The translations under genes were made by a program, and so were the position numbers. Below, in pieces: positions 14,318 to 28,281 of a DNA stretch of 64,000 nt; position 1 is the first letter of the stretch; every line of letters begins with the position of its first letter. Below the pieces are notes generated by a model. The model did not search any database. It was not told the origin of the DNA and was given only the letters and a program-made list of their open reading frames with translations. Source of the DNA: Eledone cirrhosa (lineage: Eukaryota); the NCBI GenBank assembly GCA_964016885.1, contig OZ024753.1:38812001-38876000 (forward strand), given 5' to 3'.

Positions 14318-14403
14318 AAATCCTGGTGTATTTATTGACGTTGGATTTTAAAAACAAAAATATAAGCTATATGAAAATGAGGCTGGAAAAGGAAGAAGGA
14401 AAG

Positions 14404-14449
<46 letters not shown>

Positions 14450-14473
14450 GAAAATATATATATATATATATAT

Positions 14474-15218
14474 ATCAACTAGAAATTGATTGACATATAA
14501 ATAGACATATGAAACAATCACAGGGGATAATTTGTAAAAGTGTGTAAGCACACATGGCTAGGTAGGTAACTAAATAAAGTTTAACTAGAACTTCAAAAAT
14601 AGATACCTTATAATTTGATTAATCTTCCTCGTATATATTCCATTAAAGAAATATATTTCACCAATTAATCGATTGGAGAAATCTTGGAGCATATTTTATG
14701 GGTGATATGGCGCATGTCTATCTGGCATTTAATTTAATTTGATTTAATTTAATTTAATTCAATTTATCTTAATTTTGGATATATATAAATACGGCCCCTT
14801 AATTGTAGAGCTAACTCAGTTGAAAGGACTTGACTGCTGTTTCTAGTTGTCGATAACCCTATTCACGCCACTGGGACGAAGCTGGTATGATGTGTGTATT
14901 TTTAGTGGATACAGCACGTGTTACTGGCCAGTCGCTGATTTGAACTTGATCCGTAAACACAGATGCGTAAACCTCTTCCTTGTTGAAAATCCAGGATCTG
15001 GCTTCTGTCGTTTACCAATCGATTAATTGGTGAAATATATTTCTTTAATGGAATATATACGAGGAAGATTAATCAAATTATAAGGTATCTATTTTTGAAG
15101 TTCTAGTTAAACTTTATTTAGTTACCTACCTAGCTATGTGTGCTTACACACTTTTACAAATTATCCCCTGTGATTGTTTCATGTCTATTTATATGTCAAT
15201 GAATTTCTAGTTGATATA
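14474..15218. repeat. ~200-bp inverted repeat with ~340-bp spacer; segment 14680-14778 is directly repeated at 15241-15336
   Basis: Arms 14474-14676 and 15015-15218. Confidence 0.88.
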
Positions 15219-15334
15219 AAATGCTCGGATCTATTCATTAGAATCTTGGAGCATATTTTACGGGTGATATGGCGCATGTCTATCTGGCATGACACCCTTA
15301 ATTTAATTTAATTTAATTAATTTTATCTTAATTT

Positions 15335-15392
<58 letters not shown>

Positions 15393-16985
15393 TTATATAT
15401 ATAATATATATATATGGGAGGGGAAGGCATTTGTCGATGTGTTGGTGTGGATGTGCATATGTGTGCGTGCGTGCATGTGTGTGTTCGTGTGTGTGATTCT
15501 TGAGATAGTATAAAGTCTACATATGCACGTCTACACTCAGAAGTTGAGGTTTTACGAAAGAACATCGTTTGAAAACCGTTTTTCCGGAATATATGATGCG
15601 TTATTGTATAAGACGCATCCATTTTCAAGAGAAAAATAATGTTATTTTAGTATCAAATATTTGTATTTGGTCTAAAGGACGCAGTGAGAATTTGGTGACA
15701 CATTTTGTAGCCAAATAGTTATCATATACCTGGAAAAATACCTTATATTCTTGACTACACTTCCAATAAAATACACTCCACTCTAACTAGTTAATGAACA
15801 ATTTTGAAGGACTCACCAAAATTACCAATTATATAATTACTAAGATAGTAACTTAATGTAAGTTTCAATATTTACCTAAAGAAGCATGGTTTGTTAATTG
15901 GTTTTGTGAATTCCTTATATTCTTTGATGTAGACTTGTCGCCTCTACAACTTTGAGATATATTATAAATACGCTCAAGATAGAGCCGCGAACAATTGTCC
16001 ATGAGAAAATTGTGGTTCACCGAAATTCGATTTTCATTGTGACTGTATACTTAAAAATTACGGAAAGATTGTTCAAAGAATAATTTATGTAAATCAGACC
16101 GTTGATTCCCTTAATCAAGAGATTATCAAACTATTTGGGCCACCACACCTCCCTTTGTCACCCAAATAATAACAGTGGTTTCTAATTTTAGCTCAAGACC
16201 AGCAATTTCTTTTTTGGTGGTGGTGGTGGTGAAGGAAATGTTGATTACATCATTTCAAATATTTGACTACTGCTAATAATCTATCGACTATTCGATAGAT
16301 GATAGGTAAAGTTGACTTCTTCAGAAGGGTTTGAACACAAAATCTAAACCTACTCAACACCATAAGCGCTGGGCTGGCCAGCCGCATGTGTGAACCTTGC
16401 GAGTTGGAATGGCTTTTTCAGGGACCTAAATAGCTATAGAATAGAATAAAATAAAGATGAAAGTGTTTGTCTTGAAAACGCAATCAAATACTGTCACCAC
16501 AACCCTACCATCACAAAACAATAACAACAACAACAATCTCTCTCTATATAAAACTCTAAGTCATGCAACAACCAGAACAAATGCCACCGAGTATTTTGTT
16601 CGGCGCTCTACCAATTCTGCCAACCCACCACCATGAGACTTAACTAAATATCAACATACATTTGCCCCTAATTCTCACCAATTAAGTCATCCGTTAAACA
16701 TATTTGATGCTGATTAAAATAGACATTTTGTTTTATTTCACAATTATTAAAGCAGAAAATGTTTGTATCTCTATTGAAATCAAATACGATATTGGAATAT
16801 ATTTATTTTGTATTTCAGTGTTGTTTTTCTCTCTCAGAATTTGTTGTGTTGTTGTGTGTTGTGTTGTGTGCTGTGTGTTGTGTTGTGTTGTGTTGTGTTG
16901 TGTTGTTCTTTTTCTTCTGCTCCTTCTGGATTTTAAATATCAACAGGTATTGAAATGATTTGCATGTGTTTATGTTGGTACACAC

Positions 16986-17110
<125 letters not shown>

Positions 17111-17820
17111 CATATATATATAAAATATATATATATATCTGTATGTCTGTATATATATAAATAAATATATATATATATATATTAAATATATATATATAGC
17201 TGTATGTCTGTGTGTATATATATATATATATATATATCTATATCTGTATGTCTGTATATATATATATATATCTGTGTATGTGTGAGCATGTGGTTTTGGT
17301 GTGTGTGTGTGTATTTGTGTTTTTTGGCAAGTGTGTATCTCTCTGTGTGACTGTATGTGTGTATTTGTGTGTATATGTGTGTATATGTGTGTGTTGTTTT
17401 GGAGAGATTGAATGTGTTCTTGTGTGTGGTGTGCATCTGCTGTTTATTTTTTCATTTGTGTATATGTAGTGTATATATGTATATATGTATATATGTATAT
17501 ATGTATATATGTTTATATGTATATATGTTTGTCTGTATGTATGCTATATGTGTATGTATGTTTATTTTTTTCTCGGTTAGGTTGTGAGAATAAAAAGATA
17601 AAACTCCATGAGAAAAAATACCCACTGATATATATATACTTTTTTAATTTTATTCACCTTATTGTTTTGGTCTTTTATAGTTTTCTAATTATTTTTCGAT
17701 TTCATTTCAGCATGTCTAATTATTAAGAACAAATACTGTGTGATCTCTATAGAAAACCAGCTGAAAAACAATGTGGAAAAAAGAAGTAAAAAGAAAATAG
17801 GTCAGATTCTTCTTCTTCTT

Positions 17821-17853
<33 letters not shown>

Positions 17854-17983
17854 AATATTACTATTATTATTATCATTTAAAAAAAAAAAATGTTTCTTCA
17901 TATGGCCAGTCTGTGGCGTGAAACAATTGTAATACTACTACTTCTACTACTGCTGCTGCTGCTGCTACTGCTGCTGCTGCTAT

Positions 17984-18042
<59 letters not shown>

Positions 18043-18273
18043 TTAACAGCAATAATACAATAATAAATAATGATATAGACATACATACAATGGTTATTTG
18101 TCTCACGCCTCAACTGCACGCATCCTCCGATCTTTATCTACCTGACTGGCAAAACATTGAATAAAACATGTTTTTATTTCTCTATCCTAGATTCTTTTTT
18201 CCCAAATGTATAGTTTTTTAAAACGTTTGTTGTTTTGTTTGTAATGATTAAAATTCCCACGATAGTTGGGTAT

Positions 18274-18465
18274 TCTTATATTTTACTATATACGGCCAAA
18301 GAAACACAATTTGATTCATATGTCTCCAAGCAGAAACAAATTCTTATGGCAGACTTATTGATCCCCCCCCCCCCCAACTTTTTTTTTTGTTTTTTTTTGT
18401 TTATGTTTTGCTTTATTCTTTTTCGATTTCTTGAAATACATAAAACCATCAAAAGTTAGACCGAA

Positions 18466-18515
<50 letters not shown>

Positions 18516-18693
18516 TTCGGTCTAACTTTTGATGGTTTTATGTATTTCAAGAAATCGAAAAGGAATAAAGCAAAACATAAAAAAAAGGTGGGGGGGGGGG
18601 GGGAATCAATAAGTCTGCCATAAGAATTTGTTTCTGCTTGGAGACATATGAATCAAATTGTGTTTCTTTGGCCGTATATAGTAAAATATAAGA
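18274..18693. repeat. Palindrome centred on a (TA)n tract
   Basis: ..AGTTAGACCGAACTCAT(AT)nGAGTTCGGTCTAACT..; arms ~190 bp. Confidence 0.9.
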
Positions 18694-18865
18694 GTATCGG
18701 TCAGTTCCTTTCCCTTAGGCAACATCAGTGGCGTGGAAAGGGGAGACTGGTATACATGGGCGACTGCTGGTCTTCTACTATAACTAACTGACCAGGCTTG
18801 TGCCTCGGAAGGAAACTTTCTAGGTGCAAAAGCATGGTCATTCGTCACGGAGTGGGACCAAAGCA

Positions 18866-18896
<31 letters not shown>

Positions 18897-19385
18897 TCCT
18901 CATTCGAGCTGATTCCATTGTAAAAGAATTCATTACCTTATTAATTTTAATCTGCTCCTAGTTTGAGCTGCAAAGCCGCCTCATATACACGACTGTTATT
19001 TCTAGCAGTACGGTTATGAGACTAGTTAGATACTGTAAAGCCATGTGCGCCACGCAGTCTTTTAAATTATTTAGAAGTGAAGCATATCAATTTGTCTCTG
19101 GATGTTTACTGAGGAGAGCGGGGCTTGATATTCCTACACTTATTTAACTCGAAACATATTTGGATCTTAAAGTCTAAACTTATCTACGGAACAGGTTTGA
19201 TTTTGAAATTTAAATGTGTCTAAACATCACGGCCTTTTGCCAATACAGTTCGTCTCCGTTGATTTATTATTTTAAATCGATATGAACAAACTGTAGTATA
19301 ATAATTAGTATACTTCAATCTGGCTAAATTTTTCTTTCGCAATATACAGATGTGTTGGTATCTGTGTTTCATCACATACATATTA

Positions 19386-19420
<35 letters not shown>

Positions 19421-19598
19421 GAATTACTTGATCGTTTTTTTTGGCTATGCGAATGATTGTTTAACCATCGTCTCAGTGTGTTTGGCCTTTAACGTTTGTT
19501 ATAGCTCTGGTTCATCTGAATCATTGAGCACTTGCCTCACATCTCGGAGGTTGTTTTTCATTATTTCGTGGGCCGAAATGCGAATCTCGATAATTTAT

Positions 19599-19636
<38 letters not shown>

Positions 19637-19640
<4 letters not shown>

Positions 19641-19762
19641 AACAGATTTAGGACCCCGACGACTAAGCCCCGGCCGTTTCGACAGCTAGATCCGTACCCT
19701 AAGTATCGAGTACTCTGGTGCGTTATAGTCCATCTGGTATCTTACCACACCTTTTTGTTGTT
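19637..19762. mobile_element. Family A, diverged copy
   Basis: GGACCCCGACG..GCCGTTTCGAC followed by inverted CCCTAAGTATCGAGTACTCTGGTGCG. Confidence 0.65.
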
Positions 19763-19766
19763 ATAT

Positions 19767-19864
<98 letters not shown>

Positions 19865-20160
19865 CACATATACTGTATGTATTTATGAAATTCTAGGGGT
19901 GCCGTCTTGTCATGCGGCGTGTCTTGTGTGTTTTAAACCAGACAGAGCCCATCTGTAACCAAGTAAGAACACAGTAGATGTCTTCAAGAAGGGGAGATAT
20001 AGAGGAATAATTGAACCTAGTATTGAACTGGTACCTTTTATCGAGCTTGAAATGATGAAAGGCAAAGTTGCCGACGACGAGATTTGAACTCAGGGTGCAG
20101 ACACCCGAATGTAATACCTTAAAACATTCTATCCGTTGTTCGACATTACCCAAACACCTC

Positions 20161-20330
20161 TCCGCGACCTCAGGCGTACTTGAACCCCGTACTGCCGAGC
20201 TCCTCCACTAGATCCGAATGTCAGTAGACTGTCTGAGAAAGGAACCCCGCGAGGTGGGGTGGCTGTTGCAGCGGGTGTCGTTGGCCATTGTCCGGGGGGA
20301 ATGCTTTTGCGGTCTTGTCCGCGTGGCACA
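20161..20330 (+). pseudogene. CRE-like (restriction-like endonuclease) non-LTR retrotransposon C-terminal relic
   Basis: ATSGVLEPRTAELLH*IRMSVDCLRKEPREVGWLLQRVSLAIVRG/NAFAVL, with one stop and one frameshift in a G run; matches the QRxSxAIxRGNA motif. Confidence 0.7.
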
Positions 20331-20770
20331 GCCCCAACACCGCTGCGCCCTAGGCCCAGAGCCCCCTCCCTCCTCATTCTTCTGTGACCCTAGAGCCCTT
20401 GCCTTTCCTTTCCTTTTCCGTTTTCATAACCACAAAAGAACAGATTGTTACTCTTTACACTTTGTAAACGTTTGTCACTAAATATACAAGCTTCTTATGA
20501 TGTGACTTGATCACAATATGAATACATGTCTATCTCTTGGTTCTCAAAGAAAGCAAAGAACTTGTTAAACTTGTTGGACGAAAACGTAACACTAGCTCTC
20601 GTCTAAGTAACCCTGCTTTTATCTGTCGGTCGTGTAATTATTTACTGTATTTTCTCCTTTATTGTTTTATCTCGCTGCTCCGTTATTTTTATCAGTGATC
20701 TGCAACAGAATAAATATTTGAAAAACCCTCATATGTCGATTTCCAAACTAGATAATAAATATTCGTTCCT

Positions 20771-20893
<123 letters not shown>

Positions 20894-21012
20894 GGAAGAA
20901 GATGATGATTCGATCCAAGTACTGGACTGGTACTTTATTTATCGACCACAAAAGAATGGAAAGCAAAAGTGGGCCTCAGTGATATTTTAACTGCACAGAG
21001 TTAATATATATA

Positions 21013-21110
21013 ACAAAGAAAGTGTGGTAGGAAACCAGGTGGACGATGAGTTCGGATCTAGCTGTCGAAACGGCCGGAGCTCAGCCGTCGGGTCCCAACT
21101 CTTTCCCTAT
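21013..21110. mobile_element. Family A copy with GATGAG..GTC-GAAA-CGGC..GCCG-TC on the plus strand
   Basis: Homology to 7997-8194. Confidence 0.65.
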
Positions 21111-21115
21111 ATATA

Positions 21116-21162
<47 letters not shown>

Positions 21163-22371
21163 GCACAGAGAAAGAAAAAAAGAGAGAGAAAGAGATAGAG
21201 ATAGAGAGAGAAAGAAAGAGAGAAAGAGAGAGCATTCTATCCGACGGCCTAACGACTCTGCCAAATCGTCGCATTAATCACCTTAATAGACATACAATTG
21301 TTCACCTAGAGAAAACTCTAGAAAGCTGTTAACTTGTAATACTAAGGTTTATCATGATGTATGCTCTACATAGGGTGTTCTAGTATCTATGGCATTTTGA
21401 GACCCTATTACAATCAACTACCAACACTAACACCACTACTACCACAACCAACACTACCACTACCACCACTACGAGCACTACCACCACTACAACTAGTATC
21501 ACATCTCTGCTGCCATTATATATATATTCTTCTGCATAATGATTACATGGTTGAAAAAGTTAATGCAATGATATCTCTTTTTAAAAGAGAGAAGTAAAAA
21601 AAGTAAAAAAAAAAATCAAAAAAAAAATCATACAAAGCCCCTAAAAAACCCCCCAACAAAAACAACAATAAAACCACCAACAACAAGAACAACAACAAAT
21701 TATACAAACTTCTTCAGTGAAAAGAAAAATCGACTATCGTTTTTCCATTTAAATGAAAAATATAGACAATTAATATAGACAATAAAATATTTCTTTCTCT
21801 CACAAATTTATGTTTTTGATTCTAGTATTTCTATTGAACCCATCTTGTGGAACATACGAACAGAAATGGAACTGAAAACTTGCGATAAGCTTTCATTGCT
21901 GTATTAATTGCAATCGGTGTGGCGATATTTCATTTCTGTCCAGAGCGATTTTCTATTATATATATATTTTTTAATATAATTACTATTCATAGTATTCTGA
22001 AAAAGCGGAGCACACGCCATCGATGATTCTTATCTACACTACTGCTGTTTTCTTCTTCCAGCAATTTTGTCCTAGCAATTCATCTAACAGACAATATTAG
22101 TTGTTGTTGTTGTTGCCCACTACAAATTTTAATTCGATAAACCATTTGATTGTTTTTTTTTGTCCTCTCTTTAATTTTTTTTAATTTTTCTTTTCTTTAT
22201 TTGTTTCTCTAGGAAAAGAAAAAAAATACACAAAAATGCATAAAAAATACGACAAAAATACAACAAAAAATATAACAAAAATCCAACAAAAAAATATAAC
22301 AAAAATACAACAAAAATTATAACAAAAAATTCAACAAAAATACAACAAAAATTATAACAAAAAATTCAACA

Positions 22372-22571
22372 NNNNNNNNNNNNNNNNNNNNNNNNNNNNN
22401 NNNNNNNNNNNNNNNNNNNNNNNNNNNNNNNNNNNNNNNNNNNNNNNNNNNNNNNNNNNNNNNNNNNNNNNNNNNNNNNNNNNNNNNNNNNNNNNNNNNN
22501 NNNNNNNNNNNNNNNNNNNNNNNNNNNNNNNNNNNNNNNNNNNNNNNNNNNNNNNNNNNNNNNNNNNNNNN
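22372..22571. other. Assembly gap (200 N)
   Basis: N run. Confidence 1.
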
Positions 22572-22749
22572 TTAATGTTGATGCGAAAATGTAATATTTT
22601 GTTGTAACATGAACCGACAGCACCTATATTTGTAAAAGAAATACCTACATAATTTATAAACACACACACAATACATACATATACGAGATATACACACAAA
22701 CACACGAACACACATACATACACACACACACACATATATATATGAATAT

Positions 22750-22801
<52 letters not shown>

Positions 22802-22816
22802 GATATATATATATAT

Positions 22817-22994
22817 AACAAAGGATTTGTGGTAAGGAAACAGATGGACCATAACACACCAGAGTACTCAATACTTAGGGTAGTAGAGTGGGAAATAGGA
22901 AAAGGTATGACCCCGACGGCAGAGCTCAAGCCGTTTCGAATCCAGAAATAGCCGTCGAAACGGCTTGAGCTCTGCCGTCGGGGTCATACCTTTT

Positions 22995-22997
<3 letters not shown>
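22817..22997. mobile_element. Family A fold-back
   Basis: Homology to 7997-8194; inversion at ~22940. Confidence 0.75.
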
Positions 22998-23031
<34 letters not shown>

Positions 23032-23160
23032 TATTCAAAAATACAGGTATAATGCATGGCTATGCGTTTAACATGCAACGTTGTAATGTACTTCAAATAC
23101 ACATAGTAATATAGTAATATAGTAAATATAATAAATATATATTTTGTGTATATTTACATA

Positions 23161-23307
23161 CTCGGGATCAGTGGGAGGTAACCACGATAAGTTAGGTACT
23201 CAATACATTGTAGAATATAAATTGTTAATGTAGAAATGGCTTCTACATCATTCCTGATAATTTCCTTCGAATGAAACAGCCCTAGTCCTGTAGAAGCCAT
23301 TTCTGCA

Positions 23308-23312
<5 letters not shown>
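23161..23312. mobile_element. Family B variant with mutated hammerhead (CTGATAA, 23251-23295 plus)
   Basis: TTC-CTGATAA-TTTC-CTTC-GAAT-GAAA-CAG..CTG-TA/GAA; shares GGTACTCAATAC with family B. Confidence 0.65.
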
Positions 23313-23361
<49 letters not shown>

Positions 23362-23365
23362 CGTT

Positions 23366-23581
23366 ATTCCGGGTTGAATCGGAGGTAACCACAGTAAGTA
23401 AGGTACTCAATACATTACAGAGTATAAAAGTTTTAATATAGATGAGATTCTACAGGACTAGAACTGTTTCATTCTTTAGAAATCATCAGGAATCTGTGTA
23501 TCAAATTATTTTTTGATACCCAGATTCCTGATGATTTCTAAAGAATGAAACAGTTCTAGTCCTGTAGAATCTCATCTATAT
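23366..23581. mobile_element. Family B fold-back element with two intact hammerheads (23446-23494 minus; 23523-23571 plus)
   Basis: AGATTC-CTGATGA-TTTC-TAAA-GAAT-GAAA-CAG-TTCTAGTC-CTG-TA/GAATCT on both arms; flanked by (TA)n. Confidence 0.85.
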
Positions 23582-23628
23582 AAATATATATATATTATAA
23601 AACGTATTTATATAAATATATATATATT

Positions 23629-23670
<42 letters not shown>

Positions 23671-23918
23671 TATACGTACATAGATGCATACTTTGATGCA
23701 TACATAGATTCAAAGATATATACATCGATACACATTGCCTATATATGTGTGTATGTTTATTATAGTCCTATTGATAACTTTCATATCAAACCTATTTCTT
23801 CTTATGGCACCAAACCCCTCTCCACTGTCTTATAGTTTATCCTGCATCTTATTGAGAGGCTCCAAACACATCCATACATATCCACACATTTACCCAATAT
23901 TATATATATATATATATA

Positions 23919-23970
<52 letters not shown>

Positions 23971-24048
23971 TAAAAGGAAAATAAAATGCTGACAAATTGT
24001 TCCCAGTGAAAAATAGTTTAATTAGGAATAATTAAAAATTAGTAATAA

Positions 24049-24099
<51 letters not shown>

Positions 24100-24292
24100 C
24101 CTATATATATAAATATATATAAATTATTATAAATATACATATACATATATATACAAATATATATATATGTATATATAAATTTATATATATAAACATATAT
24201 TTATATACATATATATATATATTCATATAGAGATATAAATATATTTATATTCATGTATATATATGTAAATATATATAAATATATATATATGA

Positions 24293-24365
<73 letters not shown>

Positions 24366-24608
24366 TATAATATATATATATGAATATATATATATATATA
24401 TATATATGAATATATATATGTATATTTATTAAATAAAAAATATATATATACCTATATATATATATATACAAAAATATATATTCATATACAACCCCCACAT
24501 ATATATATCTACACACACACGCACACACATATATATATATATACAGGTTTTCCCCAAAAATGTATACACACGTCAAAAAACATTCTAGTAAATTTTGCCT
24601 GTACAGGT

Positions 24609-24650
<42 letters not shown>

Positions 24651-24660
24651 TATATATATA

Positions 24661-24759
<99 letters not shown>

Positions 24760-25024
24760 CTCTCTACAACCCGGGAGAAGCCGAGGCATGTAGAAATGGG
24801 CCATGTGAAAAATATTCCTGGTTCCCTCAGTCATAGTGTCAGACTGGATGAGAAATAAAAACATGACGCTGCTAGGGTCAGTGTGATATAGTAATCTTTT
24901 GCTGAGCCCCGCCCCTGCCCCTCCCTCGTTCCTCCTTACCAGCCTGAGACGGGGGCCGACTCATATGCATATGTAAACATGCATATGTATATACACGCAC
25001 ATATATATAATTATATATGCATTC

Positions 25025-25059
<35 letters not shown>

Positions 25060-25065
25060 ATATAT

Positions 25066-25124
25066 GAAAAAGTATGACCCCGACGGCAGAGCTCTAGCCG
25101 TTTCGACAGCTATTTCTGGACTCA
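25066..25124 (-). mobile_element. Family A fragment
   Basis: Minus strand: ATGA-GTCCAGAAATAGCTGTC-GAAA-CGGC..GCCG-TC-GGGGTC. Confidence 0.65.
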
Positions 25125-25147
25125 TATATATATATATATAGATAAGT

Positions 25148-25338
25148 TATTCCGGGTTGAATCGGAGGTAACGACAGTAAGTAAGGTACTCATTACATAG
25201 CAGAGTATAAAAGTTTTAATATAGATGAGATTCTACAGCACTAGAACTGTTTCATTCATTAGAAATCATCAGGAATCCTGATGATTTCTAAAGAATCAAA
25301 CAGTTCTAGTCCTGTAGAATCTCATCTATATTAAAACT
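25148..25338. mobile_element. Family B fold-back; intact HHR 25229-25277 (minus); plus-arm HHR has GAAA->CAAA
   Basis: Homologous to 23366-23581; palindrome centred at ~25275. Confidence 0.82.
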
Positions 25339-25481
25339 ATATATATATATATATGTGTCTGTGTGTGTATGTGTATATATGTATATATCCATTTATATAT
25401 ATAGAGTTATATATGTATATATAAATATGTATATATATATGTGTATATAAATATGTGTATATATATATGTATATGTATATA

Positions 25482-25512
<31 letters not shown>

Positions 25513-25581
25513 GTATATACATATATATATGTATATATATATGTATATATATATATAAATATATATATTCATATACATATA

Positions 25582-25666
<85 letters not shown>

Positions 25667-25979
25667 GTGTTTGTGTGTGTGTATGTGTGTGTGTGCTTGT
25701 GCGTGTGTGCCTATACGTATATGTACATATATATGTTAGTTGAGTGTATAACTAAAATGACAGAGATATGTATCACAAAGTTTCGCGTTAAAATTCTTTC
25801 ATACCATATCGAACATCACATATGTTTCATACATGATTGGGCCGGGATATTTATCGATATGATAGACCTGTGCCAAATATCGATCTGCGTACCATCTATG
25901 AAACATGTGTCACATTCGAGATGGAATAATTACAATTTAAACTGAAAGTTCGTTATCTCATGTCATCTCTTCTCTTTAG

Positions 25980-26113
25980 ATACATGTACCACTAGAAGTA
26001 CAGGTACTCCTCAAGTAATACTTTTGGCTGCTGTCCTTGGCATCGCCCTCAGCAATGTACAAAATTTCGTAATAACCTATATATATTTTCAGTATAAAAT
26101 GTTATATATATAA
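25980..26113 (+). CDS. Possible terminal exon encoding a hydrophobic (GPI-signal-like) C-terminus
   Basis: Good acceptor TCATCTCTTCTCTTTAG; frame reads xTCTTRSTGTPQVILLAAVLGIALSNVQNFVITYIYFQYKMLYI*; no partner exons found. Confidence 0.2.
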
Positions 26114-26133
26114 ATATATTTATTTACACACAT

Positions 26134-26193
<60 letters not shown>

Positions 26194-26244
26194 TAATAAA
26201 GTAATGAATAAACAAAGAAACAGTTCCTTATATCAAAAAAATTC

Positions 26245-26376
26245 ATCATTTTACGATCGTTTCTAGGATATATATGTGTTACTGTTGGTATGCATATTCT
26301 ATAGATCTATGTAAAATATTTATACAAACTATCAGAGGGAATATACATACCTACACCTATATATGCTGTCTTCAGA

Positions 26377-26382
<6 letters not shown>
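26245..26382 (-). ncRNA. Type I hammerhead with ~105-nt expanded stem II (family E)
   Basis: Minus strand: ATTATTT-CTGAAGA-[~105 nt, TATATAGGTGT..ACACATATATA pairing]-GAAA-CGATCG-TA/AAATGAT. Confidence 0.72.
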
Positions 26383-26422
<40 letters not shown>

Positions 26423-26660
26423 TAAAACATGTCTATAGAATCACCGATAAAATATATACCATTTCCTCTCCCAATTAGCATAATTAACCATATAAAAAAT
26501 CGAATACACTAAGCTATAGAATAAGGCTTCAATGAAGAAAGTGACCCGTTGCAAAAACACGTATATGTATATATGTATATATATATGTAAACCTTTATAT
26601 ATATATATATATATATAATATATATATATATATATTTATTTATTTACATATATATTTATT

Positions 26661-26734
<74 letters not shown>

Positions 26735-26737
<3 letters not shown>

Positions 26738-26876
26738 CGAAGGAAATGTGGTAAGGAACCAGATGGCCCATAACGCACCAAAGTACAAAGTACTCAATAC
26801 TTAGGGTAGTAGAGCGGGTAATAGGAACAATTATGACCCCGACGGCAGAGCTCAAGCCGTTTTCGACTACTAATTC

Positions 26877-26878
<2 letters not shown>
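26735..26878 (-). mobile_element. Family A copy
   Basis: Homology to 7997-8135. Confidence 0.7.
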
Positions 26879-26927
<49 letters not shown>

Positions 26928-27221
26928 TTATTTAAATATATATTTATTTACGTATACTCGTATATATATATATAGAGAGATTTAGGAATATCCAAAGAGT
27001 GCTTAGAAATACATCGTTTTATTTGCTACCAGTGTTTCATCCATATCCTACGGCAAGAAACACTCTTTGGTTATTCCTAAACTTATAACGGCTCTGTAGT
27101 ATTCTAGTGATCTTACATTAAGCTAAAACCACACTGTCATACCAAGGACAATATATCTGTGGATCTGTGCACATTTGTACAATTGGCAACGAAACTATAT
27201 ATATATATATATATATATATA

Positions 27222-27297
27222 AATATTTGATAAACATTTACATGTTTTAGTTGATTAGTCAATTGCAACTAAAACATGTAAATGTTTATCAAATATT
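27222..27297. repeat. Short fold-back
   Basis: AATATTTGATAAACATTTACATGTTTTAGTTG / CAACTAAAACATGTAAATGTTTATCAAATATT. Confidence 0.85.
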
Positions 27298-27618
27298 AAT
27301 TTATTCTGCTCAGAAGCGATTCTTAGAGCTGAAATAATTGTAAATGACCCCATTGAGTGTAAACTCTAAGTTATATTATATATATATATATATATAGAAT
27401 TAGTATATCTACCAACATAATATATACAGATGCATACCTATGCTAGCAAATATATAGGTTTTGTCTTAGTAACTTTGTGGTTCAATGCAAGGGGATGCAG
27501 AACAATTATATGAAAGACGTTCCATTCGGAAGCCATGTTTATTCCCTTTCAGAAACTAATTAGTTGGAGTGAAATTTTAGTAAGTAAGTTAATTTTTATA
27601 ATTTTCTTATTTTACGTC

Positions 27619-27679
<61 letters not shown>

Positions 27680-27772
27680 TATATCTATCTAATCTAAGGC
27701 GGGTAAAATTTCCGAGATCCATGGACGAGTTCTCTCCAGCGGTCTCTGTCCCTCATTATCACTGCCATGTCC

Positions 27773-27808
<36 letters not shown>

Positions 27809-28183
27809 TGGAAGCTTAGTAAAATCGAAGGTTTGGCTGTTGGCAAGCAAAGTCGACCTACAAAAGGAATGAGTTAGCATATGAGTTATATATATAGTGA
27901 TCGATCATCTTAATGTACGAGTTTTAGTTATCACACCAGGGAGAATGAGGGCTCAAGATAGATAGTATATATAGTATATATAGTATATATATAGTATATA
28001 TAGTATATATAGTGTTTAAAAATGTCTTAATGTCTTAATGTTGTGTAACGTATGGAATTGATTTACAAGTCAAAGTTAAAGATTAACGATTCCGAATGTT
28101 GAAAAGATTGGCCAATCAGAATCTTGAAGATCAAAGTTATGATGCATAAAGTTTCAACTACCAATGTGTATATGTATGTGTGC

Positions 28184-28281
<98 letters not shown>

